A stretch of 64,000 bases of DNA from Nitrospinales bacterium (GTDB lineage: Bacteria > Nitrospinota > Nitrospinia > Nitrospinales > VA-1). This document shows positions 1 to 8,467 of this stretch, piece after piece. Numbering within the stretch: position 1 is the first letter of the stretch; each line of letters begins with the position of its first letter. Made by a program: the position numbers and the translations under genes. The notes under the pieces are model-generated. The model was not told the origin of the DNA and did no database searches. It saw only the letters and a list, made by a program, of their open reading frames with translations. The DNA lies in contig CBDCXL010000002.1 in assembly GCA_965223795.1 (NCBI GenBank), forward strand, positions 544,001-608,000. Direction: 5' to 3'.

Positions 1-461
1 CCGTACAGCTGCGCGCGCGGCCGGATGGCGTTGCCTTCCTTGCCGAACCACTTGAGGCCGTAGTCCTTGAGCGGGCCGGTGCCGAGAAACGGTTCTCCCA
101 GGGACAAGGCGCGGTTGTCGAAATCCAGCGGGGTTTTGCGGGGGCCGATTTTCTCCGAACCGTTCTTGCTCTCCACCTGCTCCGGTTCGGCCTCCTGATC
201 GACGGCGGCGTCTTCATCGCCCGGTTGCGCCGCCTGGGCCAGGGTTTTCTGTTCCGGCGGTGACGTGAACGACTCCAGCCGTTCCCCTTCCCGGAAGATC
301 TCCATCTCGCTGCTTTGCGCGAGCAGGCGCTCTTCAAGACTCCGCGCTTGCTGCGGATCCGCAATCGCAACGCAGGGCAGCAACAGCGTCAGGGCCAACC
401 CCAACGTTCCCCAGCGCAAGATCGACGCGGTGCGGGGCTTTCTGAACTGGTTATTGAACAA
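1..461 (-). CDS. Exported protein, possibly outer-membrane beta-barrel; partial, runs off the left edge and is absent from the ORF track
   Basis: Manual translation from TTG at 461 (overlapping the cytochrome gene end; alternative TTG at 419) is open to position 1: MFNNQFRKPRTASILRWGTLGLALTLLLPCVAIA-DPQQ...ALSLGEPFLGTGPLKDYGLKWFGKEGNAIRPRAQLYG. Sec-type signal peptide, acidic linker, GC3-rich codons. The barrel assignment is inference. Confidence 0.7.
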   Translation of the reverse strand, partial: MFNNQFRKPRTASILRWGTLGLALTLLLPCVAIADPQQARSLEERLLAQSSEMEIFREGERLESFTSPPEQKTLAQAAQPGDEDAAVDQEAEPEQVESKNGSEKIGPRKTPLDFDNRALSLGEPFLGTGPLKDYGLKWFGKEGNAIRPRAQLY

Positions 462-2133
462 GTACTCGGAACTCCCTGGAATCCAGCTCGATGATTTCCA
501 GCTGCGGGATGAAATCATGCGCTTCGATCTGTTTCAAGAGTATAGGAGCGAAATGGCGAAAGTTCAGTTTCACAGTCACATCGTAGTGTTTGGCGTCCTC
601 CTCGGTGTCGGCGCTGTAGTCCGCCGTTCTCGACTGGAGGGGCAGCAGGCTGTTTTTCTGCTGCCGCGCCTGGGACGGCCCGTTGAAGGAAGCCGACAGA
701 AAGGGCGCCGGCCGGCTGAACGCGAAATTGTCCACATCCCGCGCAATGGGGAAATGGTCGGGCCGCTCGGTACCGGCGACGGTCTGCAGCTGAAACTTGG
801 TCTGCAGGTTGAACAGATCGTGGTCGTAGTCGGCCCGGCCCTGCAGCACGTCCATGCTTTTGTTGTCGCGCAGGTCGCCGTTGGAATCGAGATCGCCGCT
901 CTGGTACACGATGCGCCCCTGATCATCTTTATACGTCACCGCCAGCCAGACCTGGCGTTCGGCGCTGAACCCCGCGGGCAGAGCGTGGCCGCTCATCTTG
1001 TTGGTCACCGTCACGCGGATGTCCAGGTCGTCGCCCTTCTCGATGGATTGCGGGACCTCCACTTTCATCTCGGCGGCGTTTTTGAGCACCTGCATGCGTT
1101 TTTCACGCGCGGTGGCGAGCAGTTCCTCGCTTTTTTTGAGCAGGCTCTCGAATTTCCTGTACTTGCGCTTGTCGAGGCGGTTGAGTTTTTTGCCCGCCTT
1201 CAATTTCGCCTCCACCTTCGAAATCCACTCGTAAAAGTTGGGATCGTCCATCAGTTCCGGCCATTCGTTGGGCCGGATGGGAAACTGGGAGATGGGCAGC
1301 ACGGAATAATCCGGCCCGGAGAAGGTATGGTCGCTCAGGGTGCGCTCGGGAAAGGTCTTGCCGCGGATCTCCGCGATCGGGCCTTTGGCGCGCGGGCTGT
1401 TGACGCCCTGCTCGGTTCCCATGTGGCAGTCCTGGCAGGAAACGCCCTCACGCGCCGCCGGGCTGTTGCGGTACTCGGTGAACAGGTCCTCGAGGCGGAA
1501 GCCGTCGGGGGACGTCACGTCGTGGCACTGGCCGCAGAATTCGGCGCGGCGGATGAAGGGCAGCGCTTCCGCTTTATGGGTTTCCTTGTCGTCGCGGCCG
1601 ATGGGAACGGGCTTGATCTTGTCGAACGGGCCGTAGACGTCGTCCTCGACCACGCCGGTTTCGATCACCAGTTCGCCGCGGCTGCGGCCGTGGCTGTTCT
1701 TGATGCGATGGCACACCACGCAGGTGACGCCTTCGAGAGAGATTTTCCTGCGCAGCTCCGGCGGCAGGCCGGATTTTTCGCCCAGCGCCACCGAGACGGG
1801 CGAATGACAGCGTTCGCAGAAGGTTCCTGTGGTGCCGCTGGTCTTTTCCTGGATCACTTTGGCGAAATTGATGAAAAAGGGACTGATCTGACCGTAGGCA
1901 TGGTTTGAGATACGCCATTGATCGAAATGCTTCGGATGGCAGGTCTTGCACACCTGAGCGGAGGGGTAGCCTTCCGCTTCCGAATTGTCATAGCCCAGGT
2001 CTTTGAACTGTTCGATGGTTTTGATGATATCGGGTTTGATTTCATCCGCCAGGCAGGTGCCCGCAAAAATCACCGAACAGACCGGGATCAAAATCATGCG
2101 GCACATCCCGCGGATGAGGCTCCAGCGTGTCAT
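451..2133 (-). CDS. Periplasmic multiheme (pentaheme) c-type cytochrome, copy A
   Basis: Five CxxCH motifs (CKTCH, CERCH, CVVCH, CGQCH, CQDCH); N-terminal signal peptide; GAAGGA RBS. Confidence 0.9.
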   Translation of the reverse strand: MTRWSLIRGMCRMILIPVCSVIFAGTCLADEIKPDIIKTIEQFKDLGYDNSEAEGYPSAQVCKTCHPKHFDQWRISNHAYGQISPFFINFAKVIQEKTSGTTGTFCERCHSPVSVALGEKSGLPPELRRKISLEGVTCVVCHRIKNSHGRSRGELVIETGVVEDDVYGPFDKIKPVPIGRDDKETHKAEALPFIRRAEFCGQCHDVTSPDGFRLEDLFTEYRNSPAAREGVSCQDCHMGTEQGVNSPRAKGPIAEIRGKTFPERTLSDHTFSGPDYSVLPISQFPIRPNEWPELMDDPNFYEWISKVEAKLKAGKKLNRLDKRKYRKFESLLKKSEELLATAREKRMQVLKNAAEMKVEVPQSIEKGDDLDIRVTVTNKMSGHALPAGFSAERQVWLAVTYKDDQGRIVYQSGDLDSNGDLRDNKSMDVLQGRADYDHDLFNLQTKFQLQTVAGTERPDHFPIARDVDNFAFSRPAPFLSASFNGPSQARQQKNSLLPLQSRTADYSADTEEDAKHYDVTVKLNFRHFAPILLKQIEAHDFIPQLEIIELDSREFRVLVQ

Positions 2134-4090
2134 CTTAAAATTCCTTCATCAGCTATCAGCGGATTGCAGGCAATCCTTTTGTCAATGAGCCGACAAAGAA
2201 ACCCAAATGTCTCGAAGCGAAAACGCAGTCCTGCTGTTTACCCTAAGGGTAATCTGACTCCCGGTCATCTGAGGCTTTTGATCGCACCCGGGATGGGTGT
2301 AAATGGAAGAATATCAAAAGCGATGCCAGGGCGGAGTTGCTTGCCGGCCAACAAGTTCTCTCAACCCACTTAGGTATAACATTTCCATTGAAAGATCAAT
2401 GTAAACTTAATAAATCGATATCATTCAAATACTTAACAAAAACCCCCCGTTTCCTGGCAACTTCCTGCCACTCTGCCTTCTACCAGATGCACACCGGAGT
2501 CATTCTGGCTGAATTTTGGCTCTTCTTCGGATTGAACCTGGACGCGGAATTGTTTGGAATCCAGTTCGACGATTTCAAGCTGCGGAATGAATTCATGCAC
2601 CTCGATCTGCTTCAACAATATAGGAGCGAAATGCCGGTAGTTCAGCTTCACGCTCACATCGTAATAAGCCGCGTCCTCATCCGTATCCGCTTCGTATTTT
2701 TTGGAGCGCGACTTGAGCGGCGGCAGGCTGTTTTTCTGCTGCCGCGCCTGGGACGGCCCGTTGAAGGAAGCCGATGGAAAGGGCGCCGGCCGGCTGAAGA
2801 AAAAATTGTCCACATCCCTGGGGACGGGAAAGTGGTCGGTCCGTTCGGTGCCGGCGACGGTCTGCAACCGGAACTTGGTCTGCAGGTTGAACAGGTCGTG
2901 GTCGTAATCGGCCCGGCCCTGCAGCACGTCCATGCTTTTGTTGTCGCGCAGGTCGCCGTTGGAATCGAGATCGCCGCTCTGGTACACGATGCGCCCCCGA
3001 TCGTCCGTAAACGTCACCGCCAGCCAGACCTGGCGCTCGGCGCTGAACCCCGCGGGCAGGGCATGGCCGCTCATCTTGTTTTTCACCGTCACGCGGATTT
3101 CCAGATCGTCGCCCTTCTCGATGGATTCAGGCGCCTCGACGCTCACTTCGGCGGCATTTTTCAAAAGCTGGTGGCGTTTTTCACGCGCGGTGGCGAGCAG
3201 TTCCTCGCTTTTTTTGAGCAGGCTCTCGAATTTTTTGTACTTGCGCTTGTCCAGCCGGTTGAGTTTTTTCCCGGCTTTGCGCTTCGCCTCCACCTTGGAA
3301 ATCCACTGGTAAAAATTGGGATCGTCCATCAGCACCGGCCATTCGTTGGGGCGTATGGGAAACCGGGAGATGGGCAGCACCGAGTAATCCGGCCCGGAGA
3401 AGGTGTGGTCGCTCAGGGTGCGCTCGGGAAATTTTTTGCCTTTGATCACGGCGATGGGGCCTTTGGCGCGCAGGCTGTTGACGCCCTGTTCGGTCCCCAT
3501 GTGGCAGTCCTGGCAGGAAACGCCCTCACGCGCCGCCGGGCTGTTGCGGTACTCGGTGAACAGGTCCTCGATGCGGAAGCCGTCGGGCCCGGTCACGTCG
3601 TGACACTGGCCGCAGAACTCGGCGCGGCGGATGAAGGGCAGCGCCTCCGCCTTGTGGGTTTCCTTGTCGTCGCGGCCGATGGGCACCGGCTTGATCTTGT
3701 CGAACGGGCCGTAGACGTCGTCCTCCAGCACGCCGGTTTCGATCACCAGCTCGCCGCGGCTGCGGCCGTGGCTGTTTTTCACGCGGTGGCACACCACGCA
3801 GGTGACGCCTTCCAGGCCGACTTTCGGCTGTTTTTCAAGCGGCGTGTCGGACTTGGTTCCCAGAGCCACGCCGACGGGCGTGTGGCAGCGCACGCAGAAG
3901 GTGCCGTTGGTGCCGCTGGTCTTCTCCTGGATGATTTTGGTGAAGTTGATGAAGAAGGGGCTGATCTGGGCGTAGGCGTGGTTCGACACGCGCCACTGGT
4001 CGAAATGTTTCGGATGACAGGTCTTGCACACCTGGGCGGAGGGATAGCCCTCCACTTCTTCATTGGCGTAACCGGGATCTTTGAATTCCC
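470..4090. repeat. Tandem gene duplication: ~470-2010 is repeated at ~2550-4090
   Basis: Long identical blocks at offset ~2078, e.g. 831-918 = 2909-2996. Confidence 0.9.
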
Positions 4091-4223
4091 CGATAGACAG
4101 GATTCGGTCCGTGGATTTGCCTGGGCCGGTCTGCGACTCTGCGGCAAAAGCGGAAACGGCAAGCATCTGCATACAGATCACCAAGAGAAAGAAACGGTCG
4201 TTCGGGAGTTTCCAGCGTGTCAT
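2433..4223 (-). CDS. Periplasmic multiheme (pentaheme) c-type cytochrome, copy B
   Basis: Five CxxCH motifs (CKTCH, CVRCH, CVVCH, CGQCH, CQDCH). Start moved to ATG 4223 (MTRWKL..., GAGGA RBS, same MTRW start as copy A); signal peptide ends AFA-AE. Confidence 0.9.
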   Translation of the reverse strand: MTRWKLPNDRFFLLVICMQMLAVSAFAAESQTGPGKSTDRILSIGEFKDPGYANEEVEGYPSAQVCKTCHPKHFDQWRVSNHAYAQISPFFINFTKIIQEKTSGTNGTFCVRCHTPVGVALGTKSDTPLEKQPKVGLEGVTCVVCHRVKNSHGRSRGELVIETGVLEDDVYGPFDKIKPVPIGRDDKETHKAEALPFIRRAEFCGQCHDVTGPDGFRIEDLFTEYRNSPAAREGVSCQDCHMGTEQGVNSLRAKGPIAVIKGKKFPERTLSDHTFSGPDYSVLPISRFPIRPNEWPVLMDDPNFYQWISKVEAKRKAGKKLNRLDKRKYKKFESLLKKSEELLATAREKRHQLLKNAAEVSVEAPESIEKGDDLEIRVTVKNKMSGHALPAGFSAERQVWLAVTFTDDRGRIVYQSGDLDSNGDLRDNKSMDVLQGRADYDHDLFNLQTKFRLQTVAGTERTDHFPVPRDVDNFFFSRPAPFPSASFNGPSQARQQKNSLPPLKSRSKKYEADTDEDAAYYDVSVKLNYRHFAPILLKQIEVHEFIPQLEIVELDSKQFRVQVQSEEEPKFSQNDSGVHLVEGRVAGSCQETGGFC

Positions 4224-4725
4224 GACAATTTCCTCGTGTTTCCCACGCGACAGGTGGAGCGATTGCTGAAAATAATTCGAATGTCTGTTGAACAGACCAC
4301 TCCCTGCATCCCCTTGCGCGCCCAAAAGGGGGAGAGGTGCACAGCATGATGGGATCGCAAAGGGGACAGGAAGCGTTCCTGGTCTTCGGTTCCACTCAGA
4401 ATAAAGCTTAGGTGCCTTCGAATGCCCTGCGTCCGCATTGCAGAAACAACACGGTCGCAAAGCAAAGGGTGAGAGGAAATTCCGGCCGGCGGGTATCCTT
4501 ACTCGCGGTCTTTAAGTACCGCATTTCAAAGCAGAATTCAATATAAATTAAGCATAATTTTATATAAAATTTATAAAAATTTCCAAATCAAACAGTTGCC
4601 TCGCCACTGTTTTGGCATAGGAGTTTCTCGCACCAGTTGCATCCAAACCGGATTGAATTCTGTGCTACTCTTTGGAACGTTCCAGGCAACCGCCGGATTC
4701 ACCCTTTCGACTTGCAATCACCGCC

Positions 4726-5451
4726 ATGTCCATCCAGTCCGACCGCAACGGCATGTTCATTCAGGGAATGACCGACGCCGATGACCTGATGCGCTACCTG
4801 CAATCGCGCTTCGAGGAAACCGAAATCCAGGAGACCTACGCGCGGCTGGTGGAAGCGGCGAAGGCGCTGGCGCGGGAGGAAAAGATCACGCCGCTGAGAG
4901 CGTTCTGGAAACTGCTGGAGCGCGCCTACAAGGAAAAAACCGCGCCGCTGCAATGCCAGAGCGGCTGCGCGCACTGCTGCTACACCGGCGTCGCGCTGAC
5001 CCAGCTCGAATGGGACGGCATCTTAAACCGGGTCGAGGAAAACGGCATCGATCTCAACGAAGTGATCGAGCGCTCGCACAAAACCGTCGAGCGCGTGCGC
5101 GAGGTGCTCAAATCGAAACGCAACCTGGAACAGGTGGACTGGCACCGCCTGGTCATCAACCAGCCCTGCCCGTTTCTCGGCGAGGACCAGACCTGCACCA
5201 TCTACGAAGACCGGCCGCTCGACTGCCGGCTGGTGGTGGCCTACCGCGACGCCTGCACCTCCAAGAAACTGGAGCACGCCCAGCGCGGCGGGGTCGTCGA
5301 GGAAGCGGTGGGCTCGACGGTGATCGCGAAACTGCAGCACGACCTAACGCCCAAGATCAAGCGCCGCAAATTCCACGGGCATCAGCCGCTGCGCCTGTTT
5401 CAGCACTGGCTGATCCTGTGGCAGGAGAAAAAATCCAAAAAACGCCGTTAG
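4726..5451 (+). CDS. YkgJ-family cysteine-cluster (Zn/Fe-chelating) protein
   Basis: CQSGCAHCC...CPFL...CTIYEDRPLDCR pattern; start placed at ATG 4726. Confidence 0.85.
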   Translation: MSIQSDRNGMFIQGMTDADDLMRYLQSRFEETEIQETYARLVEAAKALAREEKITPLRAFWKLLERAYKEKTAPLQCQSGCAHCCYTGVALTQLEWDGILNRVEENGIDLNEVIERSHKTVERVREVLKSKRNLEQVDWHRLVINQPCPFLGEDQTCTIYEDRPLDCRLVVAYRDACTSKKLEHAQRGGVVEEAVGSTVIAKLQHDLTPKIKRRKFHGHQPLRLFQHWLILWQEKKSKKRR

Positions 5452-5496
5452 ACGTTATCGATGAAACTTTGTCGATAAGACGCCGCTGAGGTTCCC

Positions 5497-6519
5497 ATGA
5501 AAACCGCCTGCCTCACCGCCCCGCGCACCCTGAAGATCGAAGACCGCCCTGCCCTGTCCGCCGCGCCGGGGGAAACTGTGATCGACGTCGAATGGGCGGG
5601 CGTGTGCGGCACCGACCTCGCTCTCTTTTCCGGCGACTACCCGGTGCCGCTGCCATTGGTGTGCGGGCACGAATTCGTCGGCCGGGTGAAAACGTCGGGC
5701 CGCGGCGTGCCGCCGCGCTGGCGCGGACGCCGGATCACCGCCGAGATCAACAACACCTGCCGCGCCTACGCGCGTCCCGATCCCTGCCGCGCCTGCGCCG
5801 CGAACCTGTGCAGCCATTGCCTCAACCGCAGCGTGACGGGCATCATCCAGCACGACGGCGCGTTCGCCGAGCAGGTCGTGGTGCCGGCGGGCGTGCTGCA
5901 CGAGCTGCCGGAAACGCTCGATCCGTTGACGGCGGTGCTCACCGAACCGCTGGCGGCGGCGCTGCAGACCTTCGAGATGACCCCGGTCACGGGTGACGAA
6001 AAAGTGGCGGTGCTGGGCGCGGGACGGCTGGGCGTGCTCATCGTGTTCGCGGCGGCGCAGCGCGGGCTGGAGACGGCGGCGGTGTCGCGCAGCGAGGCCA
6101 AGCGGCAGCGGGCGCAGGAATACGGCGCGGCGCGCGGCTACACGCCGGAGGAAGCGGCGGCAGGCATCCAGGAATGGACGGAAGGTTTAGGCGCAGACCT
6201 GGTGATCGAGGCGACGGGCAGCCCGGACGGGCTCACGCTGGCGCAGACGCTGGTGCGGCCGCGCGGCACGGTGTCGGTCAAGACCACCTGCGGCCTGCCG
6301 GAGACGGGGCTGGATATCACGAAACTGGTGGTGGACGAAGTGCGCCTGCAGGGCTCGCGCTGCGGCCCGTTCGCCCCGGCGCTCGAACTGCTCAACGCAA
6401 ATCAGGATACGCTCAAAAAACTCATCACCAGCGTGCGCCCGCTGGACGACGCCCAGCAGGCAGTCGAGTCGGCTTACGAAGAGAGCAAGGTGGTGCTGCA
6501 GGTGGGAGAAACTAATTAA
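5497..6519 (+). CDS. Zinc-binding medium-chain alcohol dehydrogenase (MDR family)
   Basis: GVCGTD, GHEFVG, structural Zn cysteines, Rossmann motif VLGAGRLG. Confidence 0.9.
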   Translation: MKTACLTAPRTLKIEDRPALSAAPGETVIDVEWAGVCGTDLALFSGDYPVPLPLVCGHEFVGRVKTSGRGVPPRWRGRRITAEINNTCRAYARPDPCRACAANLCSHCLNRSVTGIIQHDGAFAEQVVVPAGVLHELPETLDPLTAVLTEPLAAALQTFEMTPVTGDEKVAVLGAGRLGVLIVFAAAQRGLETAAVSRSEAKRQRAQEYGAARGYTPEEAAAGIQEWTEGLGADLVIEATGSPDGLTLAQTLVRPRGTVSVKTTCGLPETGLDITKLVVDEVRLQGSRCGPFAPALELLNANQDTLKKLITSVRPLDDAQQAVESAYEESKVVLQVGETN

Positions 6520-6543
6520 AAGCTGAATTGAAAAAGGTGCAAT

Positions 6544-6780
6544 GTGGAAGAAAGAACCGTGAGGGAATTGAGTGGCGAAATCTGGGCTGAAATTACGATG
6601 GAGCAAAATTTTAATAAGGAGTCCATTTTAAATTCTATTGAGACTAAAGCGAAAGATGAAATTCTTGATTTTGTTATGAGAGTGTTGGCCCGACATGATG
6701 GGAAAAAGATTGTTATCGATTCGGAAATGCCCGTCGAGCCACTTCCATATAGATTCAACCCGGAGGATGAAAATGAATAA
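6544..6780 (+). CDS. Hypothetical protein (78 aa, acidic)
   Basis: GTG start after AAGGTG; AT-rich codons; protein-like composition. Confidence 0.55.
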   Translation: MEERTVRELSGEIWAEITMEQNFNKESILNSIETKAKDEILDFVMRVLARHDGKKIVIDSEMPVEPLPYRFNPEDENE

Positions 6781-6794
6781 ATTTCCCCTTCATT

Positions 6795-6874
6795 CGCTGG
6801 ACGACGCGCAGCAGGCTGTGGAATCGGCGTATCAGGAGAGCAAGGGGGTGCTGAAGGTGGGGGAAGAAAGTTGA
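6795..6874 (+). pseudogene. Diverged duplicate of the 3' end of the upstream dehydrogenase gene
   Basis: Encodes LDDAQQAVESAYQESKGVLKVGEES* versus LDDAQQAVESAYEESKVVLQVGETN* at 6442-6519; many differences are synonymous. Confidence 0.85.
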
Positions 6875-6886
6875 TTGAAGATACGA

Positions 6887-7183
6887 TTACAGGTTTAAAG
6901 ACACTACGGGGAAACGTTTGACCTTGATGCTCGCTGCCTTGCCATGCATCCGCGCCATATCATAAGCCATTTGCATTCTCAACCAATGTTCCGGCGTGCT
7001 GCCGAAAGCCTTGGATGCACGAATCGCCATTTCCGCCGACAGAGACGTTTTTGCATTGATGACCCGCGACAGGGTTTGCCGTGTCACCCCCAAACCTTCC
7101 GCGGCTTCCGTCACACTCAGCCCCGCGGATTCTATGCAATGCTTGATCAGTTTTCCCGGATGGGGCGGGTTTTTCATCGGCAT
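6887..7183 (-). CDS. higA: HigA/VapI-family HTH antitoxin
   Basis: MPMKNPPHPG N-terminus, Xre-type HTH, PEHWLRMQMAYD motif. Confidence 0.9.
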   Translation of the reverse strand: MPMKNPPHPGKLIKHCIESAGLSVTEAAEGLGVTRQTLSRVINAKTSLSAEMAIRASKAFGSTPEHWLRMQMAYDMARMHGKAASIKVKRFPVVSLNL

Positions 7184-7195
7184 AAAGCTTATCTC

Positions 7196-7473
7196 CTAAT
7201 GGTAGTCCACTAAATCAACATCAGACGCTTTTCCATCTTCAAACCTGAAGATGATTCTGTGGTTTCTCGATACAAAGACACTGTAAAAACCGCGCTTATC
7301 GCCTTTGAGCGCATGAAAATTAATCCTGTGATATCCAGTTCCTCCAGCTTTTCTGCGCTATCGAGAACCGATAAATACAGCTCTGCCTTGTCTGCTATAT
7401 CCGGCCTCAAACGGCTTTTGTCGCCCCGCTCATAAAGTCTTTTCAGACCCCGGTGCCGGAAATTTTCGATCAT
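7196..7473 (-). pseudogene. higB: HigB (RelE/ParE superfamily) toxin, frameshifted
   Basis: MIENFRHRGLKRLYE...LDITG, then in a shifted frame near 7321 NFHALKGDKRGFYSVFVSRNHRIIFRFEDGKASDVDLVDYH*; the 278 nt span is one base short of 93 codons. Confidence 0.85.
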
Positions 7474-7625
7474 GCCACATTGTAACACGTAACATGACAT
7501 GTTTCAATTTCATCATGACCTGATATTCCCTGAAACGCCCTTAAAGTGATTCTTTGTTTGCAGGAACTATGCGAAGAGAGGATGCGACCTAGAAGAAGCC
7601 GAGCTCTTTCGAGTAAGACGTGGGA

Positions 7626-7925
7626 TTAGTATTTTTGGGGAACGTCTATTTGAGAGATCACGATCAGAAACACCCAGGTTCCCAGTAAAGCAATGAATAG
7701 AGAATGAAGCCCAAAAGCGGATATCAAAAGCAGCGACCAGCTTTGTTCAAATGAAGAATCAAAAGAGATGATTGGGAATACCAAAAAAACGATCGATACC
7801 CGCACGGCCCTCCGAGCACGCAAGCTCGTTATGCGAGAACTCCGTTTCCATACCCGATAAGCCAATCCATAGCACACCAGATACAAAACCGGTTTGCCAT
7901 AATAGATCAATTCATAAAATTTCAT
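7626..7925 (-). CDS. Small multi-pass membrane protein, paralog of 7968-8264
   Basis: Hydrophobic segments; RRAVRVSIVFLVFP and FEQSW motifs shared with the neighbour; start could be GTG 7934. Confidence 0.65.
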   Translation of the reverse strand: MKFYELIYYGKPVLYLVCYGLAYRVWKRSSRITSLRARRAVRVSIVFLVFPIISFDSSFEQSWSLLLISAFGLHSLFIALLGTWVFLIVISQIDVPQKY

Positions 7926-7967
7926 CGGTCCCACTTTGGGGTAAGAATTTCTAAACCATCAGTTGTT

Positions 7968-8264
7968 TTATTTACGAGGGAAATCCAGTGTAGCTATCGA
8001 AGCCAACATCGCCCAAATAACCAGAAAAATGAACAAACCAGAAATATTCAAATCCACGATCCCCATAACAAGACCCATCCAGATTTGTTCGAATATTATT
8101 GGGTGTCCCAAGTAAAAAACCGGGAACACTAAAAACAGGATCGATACTCGTACTGGCCGCCTGATTTTTGCATTTGTCAATCGTGCACTCCATATCCAGG
8201 CAATTGCGGCAACTACATAAGCAGATAGAAACAAAACCAGATTATTTTCGAAATTAATATCCAT
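7968..8264 (-). CDS. Small multi-pass membrane protein, paralog of 7626-7925
   Basis: Hydrophobic segments; RRPVRVSILFLVFP and FEQIW motifs. Confidence 0.7.
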   Translation of the reverse strand: MDINFENNLVLFLSAYVVAAIAWIWSARLTNAKIRRPVRVSILFLVFPVFYLGHPIIFEQIWMGLVMGIVDLNISGLFIFLVIWAMLASIATLDFPRK

Positions 8265-8340
8265 AGGAAAGGTTTTAAGGGAAAATCATTAGGGAACCGT
8301 CCCTGATTAAGGACGGATAAAAATAGGCGAGGGGAACACG

Positions 8341-8394
8341 GCCTGTGGACTTGTGAAAAACCGCATTGCGGTTTTATCACAGTTGTCCACAGGC
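8341..8394. repeat. 54 bp imperfect palindrome with DnaA-box-like arms
   Basis: GCCTGTGGAC...AAAACCGCA-T-TGCGGTTTT...GTCCACAGGC. Confidence 0.75.
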
Positions 8395-8467
8395 TCTGCA
8401 ATTGTAGATTGGTATATAAGGAAATGTACTTAAAGTAAATACGTAATCGGAGCCGATAGTTGGAAGC

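Larger units (their letters stand above)
6520..8460. other. Small AT-rich genomic islet
   Basis: Visibly lower GC than the flanks; toxin-antitoxin pair, orphan ORFs, duplicated host-gene 3' end and a long palindrome at the right border; no integrase seen. Confidence 0.65.

Noticed and set aside
265..4349. Long plus-strand ORFs 265-1908 and 2337-4349
   Set aside because: Antisense shadows of the GC3-rich cytochrome genes; no motifs, and they duplicate only because the real genes do
4612..4630. Possible sigma54 promoter TGGCAT-AGGAG-TTTCT
   Set aside because: The -12 element lacks the conserved GC
7210..7500. ORF-track 96 aa protein as an intact toxin
   Set aside because: Its C-terminal half is out of frame; the HigB-like C-terminus lies in another frame
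8341..8450. Replication origin, suggested by DnaA-like boxes next to an AT-rich stretch
   Set aside because: Only imperfect boxes inside one palindrome; no dnaA, dnaN or gidA context
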